In this document: positions 51,515-64,000 of the stretch, piece after piece | Layout of the letters: every line of letters starts with the position of its first letter | How positions within the stretch are numbered: position 1 is the stretch's first letter | Assembly (NCBI GenBank): GCA_013239625.1 | Contig: MU053881.1 | Coordinates: 7,711,957 to 7,775,956 of the forward strand | Source of the DNA: Lama guanicoe | Taxonomy: Eukaryota | Direction of reading: 5' to 3' | DNA length: 64,000 nt | Translations under genes and position numbers: made by a program | Notes under the pieces: generated by a model | Database searches by the model: none | What the model saw: the letters and a program-made list of their open reading frames with translations, nothing else | Told to the model about the DNA's origin: nothing

Positions 51515-51955
51515 TACCCTGCCCTCCCCCCAAAACACCCCACCAAGAATGAGTTCTGAACTCTCAAAGCTAAAAAGTTATCACTTCCCAACCCTCCCTC
51601 ATAAAATGACAGGGAATTTCCTTCATTTAAGAAATAAGCAACCAAGAAGATTATGATTGAGGCCCATACAGAAATTTTTGTAGGAAAAATGAAGAAGAAG
51701 AAACATCATAACCTCCACAGAAACAATGAAAACATGCAAGAAAGAGGTACCCACAAAACAGATGAAAACTGCAGTAGAATAGTTTAAAACTAGCTGCACA
51801 AATTTAAGATCTTATAAACTCTAAAAGAACAACATAAACCTGAATTTTAAAAACTCAGAAAGTAGATGATTAGAGAAAAGTAGGATTTGAAAGGAGGGGC
51901 AGAGAACTCAAGAAACAATTTAGGAATAAAAGAAGTCATTTCTAAATAAAGACTG
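50890..51955 (+). mobile_element. HAL1 / L1 ORF1-like element, left piece
   Basis: A-rich coiled-coil-like coding texture that continues at 55240. The 5' boundary is uncertain. Confidence 0.45.
51465..51516 (+). repeat. (CA)n microsatellite, imperfect
   Basis: cacacgtgcacacacatgcacacgcacacacacac... Confidence 0.9.
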
Positions 51956-51959
51956 CCCG

Positions 51960-54900
51960 CTCCGAAGAAGAACAAGCTTGGAAGAATTACACTATCCAAT
52001 TTCAAGACTCACTATAAACATACAGTAATCAAGACAGCATGGTATTGGCGAAATAATAGACGTATAAATTAACAGAACAGAAGAGAGAGCCCAGAAATAG
52101 ACCCATTCAAATATAGTCAGCTGATTTTTGACAAGGGTGCAGAGACAGTTCAATGGAGAAATAGTCTTCTCAATAAATGGTGCTGGGAAAATTGGATGCT
52201 CATATGCAGAAAATTGAACCTAGACACAAACCATACGTCTTATACAACATTTAATTCAAAATGGGTCTTAGACCTAAATGTAAAATGTAAAACTATAAAA
52301 CTTCTAGAAGAAGACATAAGAGAAAAAAATCTACATGACTTGGGTTTGAGGATGAGTTTTTTTTTTTTTTTACTGTAACACCAAGAGCATGAGATCCGTG
52401 AAAGAAAAAAGTTGGTCAATGGAACTTTATTAAAATTAAAATTTTTTGCTCTAGAAAGGACACTGTTAGGAGAATGAATAAGCAAGTCACAGACTGGGAG
52501 AAGATTTTTGTAAAGCATATATCTGATAAAGAACTTGTATACAGGATATATAGAGAAGTTTCAAATCTCAGCAGTAAGAAAACAAACACTCTTACCCACA
52601 AAAGAAAGAAAGAAATGGAAGGAAGGAAGGAAGGAAGGAAGAAGCAAAAGATCGAATGAGGCACTTCACCAAAGAAGGTATATAGATGGCAAATAAACAT
52701 AGGGAGACATTCTCCACATCATTTTCACTTGGGTAATGCAAATTAAACAACAGTGAGGTACTGTTGCACACCTACTAGAATGGCTAAAATACTAAAAACT
52801 GGCAATACTAACTGCTGGTCAGGAGGTAGAGTAACTGGAATTCTCATTTATTACTGCTGATGATGCAAAATGGTACAGCCACTTTGGAAGAAAGCTTAGC
52901 AGTTTCTTAAAAAGCTAAACATCGTTGTATCTCATCATCCAGATCAGTGGTTGCTAGGGGTTCAGGGAAGAAGAGGGGTTGGAGGGTGGAATGGGTGAAG
53001 CATGGGAGAGGACGGACTGAGGGTGGTGAAACTATGCTGTATGATGCTGAAATAGTGGGTGCTTAATATATGCATTGATCAAAATCAATAGAATTGGAAG
53101 CACAAAGACTGAGCTTAATGCATGCAAATTAAAAGTATCATTTAAGAAACTGGAGGATCCCATGATGAAATGCAGGCTGTGATGAATGTATGAATCAACC
53201 TCACCGAAGGTGATGGAGGAAAAGACTGACCAAAGTAGATTTGAAATAAGTGGAGTCTATGAGACTAAAGACAAAAGGACTAGCACAGGAGAACTGTGCT
53301 CTAGTTGAGAGTTGTTTCCCACAGGGGTATGGGTTAACCAATCTGAAACCACTATCCATGTACATTGGGATTAACAACGGATAGTGGGGCAGGTTTCTAA
53401 CTGTTGAAATGGGTGGTTACAGACAAGCAATGGAGAAAGCTGTAATGACCCAGGAGGTAAGGGATTAGAGTTGGAGACATCAGTATGAACAAATGCTTAA
53501 CCCAATATAGATACTTTCACTTAATACAGATGGACAAATACATAGAAATATTTATTGTTATGTGAATACACATAGGTTTGCATACAAGCAAATATTTACT
53601 TGCTGTCTTAGCAAGATGGCTCTAGAAGCAGTAACACTGCAGTGGCATTGAACATGCCTGGCATGTATGAGATCTGGGTTTCTAATACAGTTCTCTATTA
53701 AAAAGGAACTACAGTATCTTGGAGAAATGGATTGATTCCAGGACTGGGGCTGAGATAGGCTGTGCCAGAAGGGAAGTGCTCAGAGACAACAACAATAACA
53801 ACAAGACACGGAGACAACCTAAATGTCCATCAACAGGTGACCGGATAAAGAAGCTGTGGTATATTTGTACAATGGAATACTACTCAGCCATAAAAAGAAT
53901 AAAATAATGCTATTTGCAGCAACATGGATGGCCCCAGAGAATGTCCTTCTAAGTGAAGTAAGCCAGAAAGAGAAAGAAAAATACCGTGTAATATCACTTA
54001 TATGTGGAATCTAAAAAAAAGAAGACAAATGGACTTATTTACAAAACCAAAACAGACTCACAGACATAGAAAACAAAACGATAGTTACCGGGGGGAGGGG
54101 GTTGGGAAGGGATAAGTTGGGAGTTCTAGGTTTGCAGATACTGACTGGTATACATAAAATAGATAAATAAGTTTATACTGTGTAACACAGAGAGCCAGCT
54201 ATCTTTGATATCTTGTGGTAGCTTATGGGGAAAAAGAATATGAAAATGAATGTTTGTATATTCATGTATGACTAAAGCATTGTGCTGTACACCAGAAATT
54301 GATACAACATTGTAAAAAAAATACAAAAAAACCCAACAACAAGTGCACAATCATGGGCTATAACAAAAGGACATAAGAGCCAACTAAGAGAGCTCCTAAC
54401 AGCCAAAGCTGAAACAATTTGATCGACAAAAAAGTAAATCAGGGTTGTATTATAAGTATATACCAAAGTATAAAATATCCATGAGTTCATACTGCTGTAA
54501 ATAAATTATTGAGTAAATAAGTGGGGAGAGGAGAAATCGCCCATGCAGAAAAATTCTGAGTAACTTATGTAGGTTTCCTGCCCTCAAAGAGGTGCCGCAC
54601 AGCTCTTCACTCCTTAAATGTGGGCTTTGCATAGTGACGTCCTTCAAAAGAGTACTGCTCGAAAAGGGGAGGGCGGGGAATAGTAACTTTACAGTGGAGA
54701 AATGTGACACGCACCACCTCAGCCAGGTGATCAAGGTCCATATCATGTTGATAGCATGTATCTTGGATATGGTGTGATGAAAACAGTCTTTTACATCTGT
54801 GATCTTCATCTCAAAAACCCATATCACCCCAGTCTAATGAGAAAGACATCAGGCAAATCTCAACTGAGGGACATTCTAAAAAGTGTGTGAATTGTCTGCA

Positions 54901-55232
54901 ATACTGTCGATGTCATCAAAGACAAGAGAAGCCAGAAACTGTCATGGCCAATAGGAGCGTGGGAGATGTGACAGCTCAATGTAATGAGGAATCCTGGGTG
55001 GTACCCTAAAACAAAAAAAGACATAGGTAAGAACTAAGGGAATCTTAATAAAGTATTGACCTTAGTTAATAATAATGTGTTAATACGGGGTCACTATGGC
55101 AAATGTACTGTATTAATGTCAGATTTTAATACTGGAAACTGGGTAGGAGGTGTGTGAGATCGCTCTGTACTGTCTTCCCAACTTTTATGTAAATCTAAAT
55201 CTATTCCAATATAAAAAAATTTATTTAAAAAA
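51960..55232 (+). mobile_element. L1MC-type (L1MC3-like) 3' ORF2 plus long 3' UTR, interrupted at 53797-54343
   Basis: Decayed ORF2 (ttcaagactcactataaa..agtaatcaagacagcatggtattggc; ORF track 52196, 52474), L1MC UTR motifs (cactccttaaatgtgggc, cctcagccaggtgatcaagg), and end gtaaatctaaatctattccaatataaaaaa. Confidence 0.85.
53806..54334 (+). mobile_element. Younger 5'-truncated L1 (camelid-like 3' UTR) with TSD aacaacaag
   Basis: L1 3' end (caacctaaatgtccatc..ggaatactactcagccataaaaa..gctgtacaccagaaattgatacaacattgtaa), A-rich tail, and aacaacaag at 53797-53805 and 54335-54343. Confidence 0.88.
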
Positions 55233-55239
55233 GTTGACT

Positions 55240-55975
55240 GTTCCAAATCCCACTTGAATTAGAGATTCACGGGCAAAATAAATGTTACTGTTTTACACCG
55301 AAAATACGTACTAACTTAGATGGAATTCAAGAGCAGATAAATGTAATGGATAATATTTTAAGAGAAATGGAAAATGGAAAGGAAAAAGTTTTAAATCAAT
55401 AAGAAACAAATATGGAGGTAAAAGAAATTTAAGAGAAAGTGAAAGACGTAGAAGTCAGTAAAGAAGTTTTAATACACCTAGAATATGAATCTCTGAGGAG
55501 GACAACTAAACTATGCAACAAAACGAAACTAATAGTAATGAAAAAATTCTTGAAATAAAAGATGATTTGAAGGCACATACTGAAAGGACACCAGATGCCT
55601 GGAAAAATAGACCTTGCAGGTTCAAAACTAAACATTTTAATAAAACAATTGTATTTTAAAGGGAAAAATAAATCCTTAAACATTCAATCAATTAGATACT
55701 CCTAACGGAAAAGAAAATCAGATTTCCAGCGTTAGTTTTGACCCCAAAGCTAGAAAACAACTGAATAACTTTTTAGGGACATAAACTGTGAAGCAGAGAT
55801 TTTATAAACTGTGAATCAGAGCCATACGTATATTCAAGAGTAATGATGACCAAAAAAAAAAAATTATGAGCATTCAGGAACTCAGGCATCATGGTTTTCA
55901 TGGAGCTCTTCTTAAGGAATCTCCCAGAGAACAAGTTTCATACAACCAAAAGACTGGAGAGAGATTGGCATAAGG
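55240..55975 (+). mobile_element. HAL1-like element, right piece
   Basis: ORF1-like motifs (gaaaggacac..cctggaaaaat; aaagaaaatcagatt) and HAL1-like caggaactcagg..catggagctcttcttaaggaatct. Confidence 0.65.
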
Positions 55976-56194
55976 ACAGATACGGTCCACACTTCTCAAA
56001 GTTAGGTGGGGACTTGACAGAATTCCGTGGGATGAGAAGTGCTGTCCTCTCCCTGATCCTCCATCCCCGCTCCCTATTCCCTGTGCTGGCTAAACTGACA
56101 GGACTCTGTAGAGACACAAAGTGGAAGGATTCTGAATCCCTGCTGACATGCATATGGCTATGACATGAGCCAGCGATAAATTCCTGTTGTCTCG

Positions 56195-58295
56195 TAAATA
56201 ATGATGTATTTCTTCCCACTAGCAGAATAAATGAGAAAAGTCATTTCGTCTCCAAAGATGCTAAAAAAAAAAAGCATTTAATGAAATTCAACACTAATTC
56301 ATAAAGTATTTAAAATACTAAGAATAAAATGGAACTTCTTTACAAAAACTCTGAAACAAACATCATAATTAATGGTGAAACATAAAGTGTTCCTCTGGAA
56401 AGACACTTATCATCATGACTCCCATTCAGCATTGTATTGGAAATCCTTGTCCTGGCAATGATTTAAAAAAAAAGAAGGAAGAATGGAAGAATAGAGAAAG
56501 AATAGGCATAAGGATTAGAATAGAAGAAATATAAATGTCATTATTTGCAGGTGCCATGATTATATGTATAGAAAATACAAAATAAGCTGCAGATAAGCTA
56601 TCAGGATTCCTAAATGAATTCCTCAGATCACTGGACACAGTATCAGTATACCAAAACATCAATATAACTTCTATATACCAACAACAAATAATTAGGAAAG
56701 TTTTTTAAATGATGTTTATAACAGCATCAAAACAGTCAACTGCCCAGGAATAAATCTAATGAAAAATGTGCAAAGCTTTAACAGAGAAAACCACAAGCGT
56801 TACTGGGAAAAAAAAATGAAAGATGACTCAGATACAGCACAATACATTATGTTCATGGATTAGAAAGTGCAGTATCTCAAAAATGTCAGTTCTCTCCCAA
56901 TTGATACATAGATTCCGCGCAGTCCTAATGCTAACAGGTAGGTTGTTGTGGAAATGGTAAAATGATTCTAAAGTTTACACGGAAATGGCAGTTGGCCAAG
57001 AGTAGTCAAGACAGATTGAAGACCCGGATAATCGGAGGACACTTAGTGTCTGGAGGACAGAGATGGTGCTGTGAAGTAGCTTGGAATGGATGCTCTAATA
57101 AATTGTGATGGAGTAATTAAAAATGGAAAACAAATAATCTTGCCCCCTGGCTCATACCATTCACAAAATCAGTTACAAGTAAATTGTAGATTTACATTTG
57201 AAAGATAAAATAATAACCCTTCTGGAAAATAACATAGAATATCTTCATGACCTTGGGGTGGTTGACGTTTCTTAAGCAGGATACAGAAGGCACTAAATTT
57301 CCAGGAAAAAAAAAAGACAGAAAAATTGGACTACATTAAAATCACTTTTGTTCATCAAAATACATCATTAATTGAGTGAAAAAGCAGGTCACAGGGTGGG
57401 CAAAGATATGGGCAGCACATGTAACTGACACAGAAGTTACATTGCGAATATATAAAGAACTTCTGCAAATCAATAAGAATAAGAAAAATGACCCAGTAGA
57501 AAAATGGTTAAGAGTTTTGAACAGGCACTTTGGAAAAGAGGATATCCCAATGGCCAAGGGTCAAATGAAAAGACGCTCAATGTGCCATTAGTCTTCAGAG
57601 ATATGTAAAATAAAACCACAGGGACGTAGACTCTACGCTCATCAGAACAGTATAAGAAAACTTACAAGTTGATGATGATGTGAAACAAACTACATTCACA
57701 TCCTGCTATGGGACTCATCGACTCTGCTACTCCGGAAAATTCTCTGGCGGTGTCAAGTAGAGCCGAACATTACACACACCCCATGACCCGGCAACTCCGC
57801 TCCTCCATTTACATCCCACAAAAAATGTCACACACAAGAAAGTTCACAGCAGCACTCTTTGCCATAGCCCCCAACTGGAAACGAGCCAAATGCTCACCAA
57901 CATGAGAAAAAAAATCAACCATGGTATGTTTATACCATGGGATAGACTGATGGAGAGGGGTGACAGCACCAGCACAGAAAAACTACTGCTACACGTGACA
58001 ACATGACAGATCTCAGACACAGAGTAAGTGACAGAAGCAGGACATAAAAGAATTTATATTACTCGACTCCAAATCAGGCAAAAGCAATGTATGGTATTAA
58101 AAGTCAGGATAGTGTTTATCATTGGAAGGTTGTAAACGGAAGGGGGCTTTAAGGGTTTCTGGGGTGTACCATCCTCTGTTTCGAGATTTGGGTAGAGGTT
58201 TGGTGGATCTGTTCACTGGTGGAAATGCTTCAAACTGTACAATTCCGACTTGTGCATTTTCTGAATATATGTTACACTTCAAAAAATTATTTTAA
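56195..58295 (+). mobile_element. Decayed L1 (L1M/ME) ORF2 plus 3' UTR, right piece
   Basis: aaagatgctaaaaaa..gcatttaatgaaattcaacac (DAEKAFDKIQH-like); tcattatttgcaggtgccatgatt (LFADDM-like); ORF track 57376, 57708. Confidence 0.85.
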
Positions 58296-58299
58296 AAAG

Positions 58300-58722
58300 A
58301 GATTTTAGACACAAATGTGAGAACCAACTTCAATCCATGGCTCTTAACTGAAGCCTGGTTTGAAAAAATTAATGTGTAAAATAAAATTTTGGGACAAATG
58401 GAGAAATCTGGGAAGTGGACTGAGTATCAGATGATGTTAGGGAATTAACTAATTTTGCTAAATATGATAATAGTACTCAGTTACATAAAAGAATCTTCAT
58501 ATTTGGGGGGGGGAGTGGATGCTGAAGAATTCAGGGACCAAGTGGCCTGATGTCTAACATTTACTTCAAAGTGGTTCAGTAAAGAAAACAAACAAAAGCA
58601 AAGGTAGCAGAATGAAAACAACCGTTGAATTGAAGTGGTGGGCATAGGAATGTTCAAGATACATTTTGCCTTTTCTGTATGTTTGAACATTTTGTTGATA
58701 AATATTTAATGTATTTTAAAAA
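58300..58722 (+). mobile_element. Old L1 (L1ME/L1MC4-type) 3' UTR, right piece
   Basis: ttttgggacaaatggagaaat..tggactgagtatcagatgatgttagggaatt..ttttctgtatgtttgaacatttt. Confidence 0.7.
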
Positions 58723-58725
58723 ATG

Positions 58726-58930
58726 ATCATATCCCTTTCACAGAGAGAAAAACTGAAGCTCAGAAAGTTAAAGTAACTTGTCATGCTGAGATTCGAATCC
58801 GGGACTATTCCGAATTTAGGAACTAGGGGGGAAAATAAGGTCCCTGTCAAGACCTGGCAGGAGTCTTGAGATATTACATTATTCAGTTTCCTCATTCTGC
58901 AGACAAGGAAACAGGCTAGAGAGGAATTTG
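58726..58930 (-). mobile_element. MIR right half plus adjacent MIR3 scrap
   Basis: atccctttcacagagagaaaaactgaagctcagaaagttaaagtaacttg. Confidence 0.7.
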
Positions 58931-59889
58931 ACTCCGTGAGATGTTCATGCAGCGTACAGTATTTGAGGGGTCGAGCTGCCTTGGGTTAGCTCGGTTTTTC
59001 CAAAGAACAGAGCACAGTGGCGCCCTTAGCTCTAACCCAGAGTTCTCATTTACTCTTTAATTAGATGTGAAGTAAATAGCTAGATTGTATATTTAAACAC
59101 ATATGTGTGGCAAATACATATGTTTTTAAATTACTGCAAGAGTCATTTTGTTCCTGGTGGATAGAACCCTGCTTGTCCCGCCGTCACTAACATGTCTTAT
59201 GTCCCTGGAGCTCATCATTTACAGGCAGACCCTCCAACAGCCCATGAATGTGGCTTTTTCTTCATTCGGCCTCATTTATATCAACATCAAAGCCTGAGCA
59301 TTGTTATTAACTCAGAATTATGAACAGGGTTTTCTTTGTGAAATTTATCGCCTGCGGTGTCAACACTTAAATTACTCTAAGTTCTTGGAAAAAAAAAAAC
59401 AACCCAGTATCTGTGTGGGTATAAGCTGCCAACACCACAAAGACCACTGCTGACAGATTTTTGATTAGTTTATATTATTATCCCTTATTAAAAAAAAACC
59501 TAACAACTTCTATCTTGGAATATTTTTTCCATTGATTCCTTAAGAATTACAAAACAGACGGAAAGGAAGCTATACAATTTATTTAGGCAAATATCAGGGG
59601 GGGAACAAAAGCTAGAGAAGATCTTCACGGCCATCGGAGGCCCAGGTGGGACTGCCAGGCTGCAGGCATAGGCCAGCCCTACTTGACTCCCGCCACCAAC
59701 CTCGCTCTCCTCTGGTCGTATTGAAAGGACTGAGGTAGAAGAAGAGGAGGCTGTTGGCAGACCTACCCCTAAACCCTCCAGACTGCCATATAGTGGATGA
59801 TGGGGCTCTCTCCCAGGGAGGGAACAAAACTCGAGAGTGTAGGGTCAGTGATGGCAGGAATTTAAGCCAATAACGGAGGAAGAAATTAT

Positions 59890-60900
59890 CGCAGGGCAGT
59901 AAGGAACCTGGGCTCTGGTGTTCAGGCTCACATTTACATGCTGTTTGACCTTGGACAAAATTAATGAGCCTCTTTGAGCCTCAGATGCCTCATTTATAAA
60001 ACATCTCTGTATCTGCCTCATAGCGCTGAAACTAAATAGCATGCATGCAAAGCATTGAGGATAGTCTCTGGCTTGTCATAAATGCTCCTAAGCCTTTCAC
60101 TTCAGTCTCTGAAGCAGGACTGAAAAAAATGACTGATTTTGCGTTCCTGGGGAATCTCTGAGACAGAGATTGTCATATTTTTTCCCAGCAGCTTCCTCTC
60201 CCACCCACCCCACTGCACCCATCCACCTCCAGAGGGGCATGCAGGAGTTATTTTTCATCTTGTGTGTTAGACAGTTCAGCATTAACAGGCGTTTACTGCA
60301 CATCTTCTGTGCACTAGGTATTGTGTTAGCACTAGCATTTGGGGGGGAAATACAAGGGAATCCTTGTCCTCGAGGAGCTTACAGCCTACTGGGAAGGCAA
60401 GCATGTAAACATGTGTCTTTCAACGTGGCAGATACTGGACTTTGAAGAGTGCAGAGAGGTCTCTACTGGAGAGGTCAGGGGAAGCTTTACCAAGGAGGCA
60501 TCGCTTGAACTGGGTCTTGAAGATAAAATAGGAATATAAATCATGACTACCAGTTTGACAAAGAGTGATGCATCTGGGGCCATTTAAGATGGGGACACGA
60601 AGAACAGGGGCCACTCTCTGGAAGCTTCCACAGGCCCTTCCATCTGCTAGTTTAGCTAGAGTGAGTGTGTGGTGGACACTTAGCCTAATGATTATAAAAT
60701 GAAGCACGTGGACTCTAGGGTTAGGTTAGACCTGGATTTCAACCTGGATCGATCTTCTCCTTTCACTTACTGGCTCTGAGACCTCAGGAAAGTTCCTTAA
60801 TAGCTCCAAGTACTGTCAGTTAGACGGAGATAATCATTGTTGAGTAGAGTTGCCTTTCAATCAGAGGCTTATCTCTGAAGTTGGTATGAGAGGTAAAAAT
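59890..60900. mobile_element. MIR (+), L2 (-), MIR (+) cluster
   Basis: tgaccttggacaaa..gagcctcag; cttgtcctcgaggagcttacagcct..tgaactgggtcttgaag; gacctggatttcaa. Confidence 0.7.
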
Positions 60901-61923
60901 GGAAGATATTCAGAATTATTGACAATTTGGTTCTACCTCTCATAAGTAAGACTTACAGGGACCATTTGGTACTGAGAAGTACCATTGGCCTCTGGAATCC
61001 CCATCATCAAAAAAATGCTGACCATGAGCAGCCCATGAGGACTGAGAGGCTGAGGGAGGAACAGAGCAGAGGCATTTGGAGGCACAGGTTCATTGAGAAG
61101 AATGACTGATAGGACCTTCTGCATCTTATATTTCTCCCTTGTTCTTCTCTAATTATTGCTGGGTGCCTACACTTCGCTCACAGGTTAAATGCATACATGA
61201 CGTGCTGACTCTGTTAACCTACTTCACCAGGCTCTCATGAGATTACCCGTGTGAAGCATTTCACACCGTGACTAGCACAGTTATCACACAGTATCTTTAG
61301 CCATCCTCCTGGACCCTCCTTCTCTCCCTTCTCTTCATCATCATCGTAGGTCAAGAGTGATGAACAAGGAAAGAACCATTTCTTTGACCAAGTGAACCCA
61401 ATGACTGCATTTTCACTCATTGGCGTCTTTCCATCCTTAGGTCACACACCGCCTGCCAAACACACACCAGGTCGCCTTCCTGACCTTGTTCCACCATCAG
61501 AAGTGGTCAAAGCATGTTTTTTCATCGAAAAACAAGCTTTATCGTATTTTCTGTCTGATAGGAGTGAAGGCATTGTCAGAAAGTTATGTATCTGCTAAAG
61601 CATTCTGAAAAGCCGCACACACAAAACAATGCAAATCATCATTCTTATTTCTGTAATACTGTCCTTGTGGGAACGGCCACATCACCAGTGTAGAATTGTG
61701 CCCAGTTCTTCCCCTGAATTCCTTGAAAATCAAAAGAACCAATACTTGAGCTTCATTTGTTGTGGTCTCTTTCTTTACATCACATTGTCTGGCAAGAATT
61801 TTTAAAAATACAGCTAAAGGATCAGTTTTCTCATTTCGAAGTGTAACAAGGAGAATGACGCTAAGCCTGGGAATATATTAGCCATGTTTTGAACCTCAAA
61901 ATGCTTACGTCTCCCTCTTTCTC

Positions 61924-61926
<3 letters not shown>

Positions 61927-61956
<30 letters not shown>
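61927..61956 (+). repeat. (GT)15 microsatellite
   Basis: Perfect dinucleotide run. Confidence 0.97.
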
Positions 61957-61957
<1 letters not shown>

Positions 61958-63149
61958 TTCTCCAAGATGTGGAGGTTTGGAATCAAAATGGTAATTGACC
62001 TTTAACGAGAGTGCTGAGAGAACTGCTTCTGTGTCGCGTGTGGCTGTGAGCTGGATTTTAAGTGTTTGATTAAGTTATTAGAGTGTTTTTGCTTTGGCAT
62101 AATGTACTATAAATTGACGATCGCTGGCCAAAGCAGTCAGTCAGTGGAGAAGAATAAATTGTTTTGAGAGGTGCTTCAAAACCTGGATTTTCTTCTCTTG
62201 GAAAGACAGGGTCTTAAATAAATCATGTAATACAAACGAGAATTTCCATAATTAAGGTTCTAACTAGGAAGATCCCTGGGAGCTGTCGAGTTGTAAAATG
62301 AAGAATGATATTCCAGGATGCTTTCCTTTTCGTTTGAAACTTAATGTTTTGCGTGTGCTTGTTTTTAGTGGCCCAAAGACCAAACAGCACAAAACAGGCA
62401 CATGTTAAATATATGTTGTTAAAGACTTTATCTCTGAGCTGTGAGTGCTGTAGGGAGATTGAGATGCTAAACAAATGTATTAAAAAAAAAAAAAACAAAA
62501 AACGGTTTCAAGACACCCTTGCTTTACGGCGTTTCAAATGGCTAGATGTTCCCTATTGGCTGCACCATGTCATTACTTAGAGAATTTCTGTTTGGCAGGC
62601 CTTACTCCCCGTCACCCAGTAATTCCACTCCCTGACAGCTTTTCTGTTTTCAGAGCATGTCCTCCTGCTTCTGTCATTTAGGAAACCTCTTAAATGGCAA
62701 CCCCCCTCTCGTGGGGACTCTGCCTGGCTCTCGGCCTCAGACCCTCTCCCCAGATTCTTCCAGCTGTTTCCGCAAAGTCCCACGGCCTCCCGGCAGCACT
62801 GCCAGGCTCTTCTCCCGGGAGCAGCTAAATAAATAAAATGTGATTAAATGTATGTGATTGGCTCTGGTACTGCTGTCTTTATTTGATATATGTACACACT
62901 AGAGAACTTTCTACCGTACAGTGCACAAGTACACCATTTATAATTGATTAAGTAGGGCGACTGTGGTCATCTCTAGAAAAGCAGACCCTCAGATTCTCCA
63001 TCGGGAACCTGGGCACGTGCTACAAGGTTGTGTCCCTGGGATCAAATGAGATGAAGCTGGGACCCCAGCCCTTTGTAGGAGACTGTAGAGTGCTGCCCCC
63101 GTTGCACTGCTGAAACGCTGGTTTTCGTTGGCGATTAGTTGAGTGATTA

Positions 63150-63400
63150 GGAGCAGGGGCTGTGTCCTCAGGCTACCTCGCTGGGAATTTCAGGTTCTCC
63201 GCTGGCCAGCTGTGCAGCCTCAGGCAAGTGCCTTAATCTCTCTTCTGTAAAAGAGGGTAATAGAATTACCTACCCGAGCTATTGAGAGGATTAAATGAAA
63301 TAATGCATGTCTTGTGTCTAGCGAAGCATCTGACATAAACGATAGTTAAGTGCTTAATGGGTATGAACTGTTAATGACATCATCATCATGATGATCAGAT
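63150..63400 (+). mobile_element. MIR SINE
   Basis: ggcaagtgccttaatctctc..tgtaaaa..tgagaggattaaatgaaataatgcatg. Confidence 0.8.
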
Positions 63401-64000
63401 TTAAGTGACATAATTTAGTTATAAAACCTCTTTTAAGATGGGAAGCAAGTGTCAACGTGAGGATGGACTGTTCAGCTCTTCCTTCACCTGCGAGTGCTCA
63501 AGTGTGTGCATCCCGTGTGTGCTGATGCCCATCCAGGCACTGCCCCCAGATCACCTGTGCCCAACACTCCGTCTCCCCGGTGGCCTCCATGCCGCCCACT
63601 TACCTGTGGTCTTGTAGACCTGCTGTCGCCCAGGACCCACCCTTTCCCAAGCTGGCCCCTGCTTCCTACAGGGTGGAGGCTGGAGGGACAGGACTGAGGA
63701 TGCAGGGCCCAGGGACATAAGGAGTTCCTGTCAAAGTCCTGCCCCTCCTCCAGTCTTAGTATCCATCTCATCCAGGCGTCCCCCAGGCTCATAATGTTCA
63801 AATGGCCCTTCCAGCCTCCACTTTGTAAGATACGAGAGAGAATTTAGGCTTGTCTCTTAGCAAAAAAAAATGAAGATGAGTCTTACCGGAAGCTTTGAGT
63901 ATCATGAGAGCCCCCATCACCCCCTCTATGGACGGTGACAAGTGAGAAAAGGGACTGAGGATAATGACTAGCGTATTTGATTTTGGCCTTCACCTTGCCC

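Larger units (their letters stand above)
46786..64000 (+). other. SLIT3: SLIT3 intron 3 (5' portion)
   Basis: Starts gtaagt. The next expected LRR exon (RLNKNKLQVLPELLF-like) was not found in the window. Confidence 0.88.

Noticed and set aside
55980..56190. Possible extra LTR fragment inside the nested stack
   Set aside because: Only the ending gacatgagccagcgataaattcctgttg looks LTR-like, which is not enough to assign a family or count it as another layer.
52196..57905. ORFs with L1 ORF2-like peptides
   Set aside because: Short remnants of frameshifted, stop-ridden L1 copies, not functional genes.
1..64000. miR-218-2, tRNA/rRNA genes, CRISPR arrays or prokaryote-type systems
   Set aside because: miR-218-2 lies in a much later SLIT3 intron and I did not see its mature sequence. 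No regularly spaced repeats or operon-like gene clusters are present, and the DNA is mammalian intron.

Overview
Mammalian (eutherian) genomic DNA from inside the 5' part of the SLIT3 gene, transcribed on the + strand. Only two coding exons are present, both 72 bp and each encoding one leucine-rich repeat: 40593-40664 ([23 protein letters not shown]) and 46714-46785 ([23 protein letters not shown]). They correspond to exons 2 and 3 by recalled human numbering. The rest is intronic (end of intron 1, a 6049-bp intron 2, start of intron 3) and is dense in old repeats: MIR, L2, L3/CR1, MaLR MLT1 solo LTRs, hAT MER elements, L1 and HAL1. I recognised no Alu, B1/B2, Bov-A/tA, PRE1, Can-SINE or ERE SINEs, and the youngest L1 3' end resembles camelid L1, so a camelid source is inferred but not proven. 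None of the supplied ORFs is a credible gene except as decayed L1 pieces. I found no evidence of a novel biological system. The best second-look items are a roughly six-layer nested transposon stack (50.0-58.8 kb), the probable non-hairpin counterpart of the human miR-585 site, a strong antisense bias of LTRs, a 76-nt pure poly(T) ending in AG, and RFX X-box motif clusters. Repeat family names and boundaries come from recognition by eye and are approximate unless target-site duplications (TSDs) are given.
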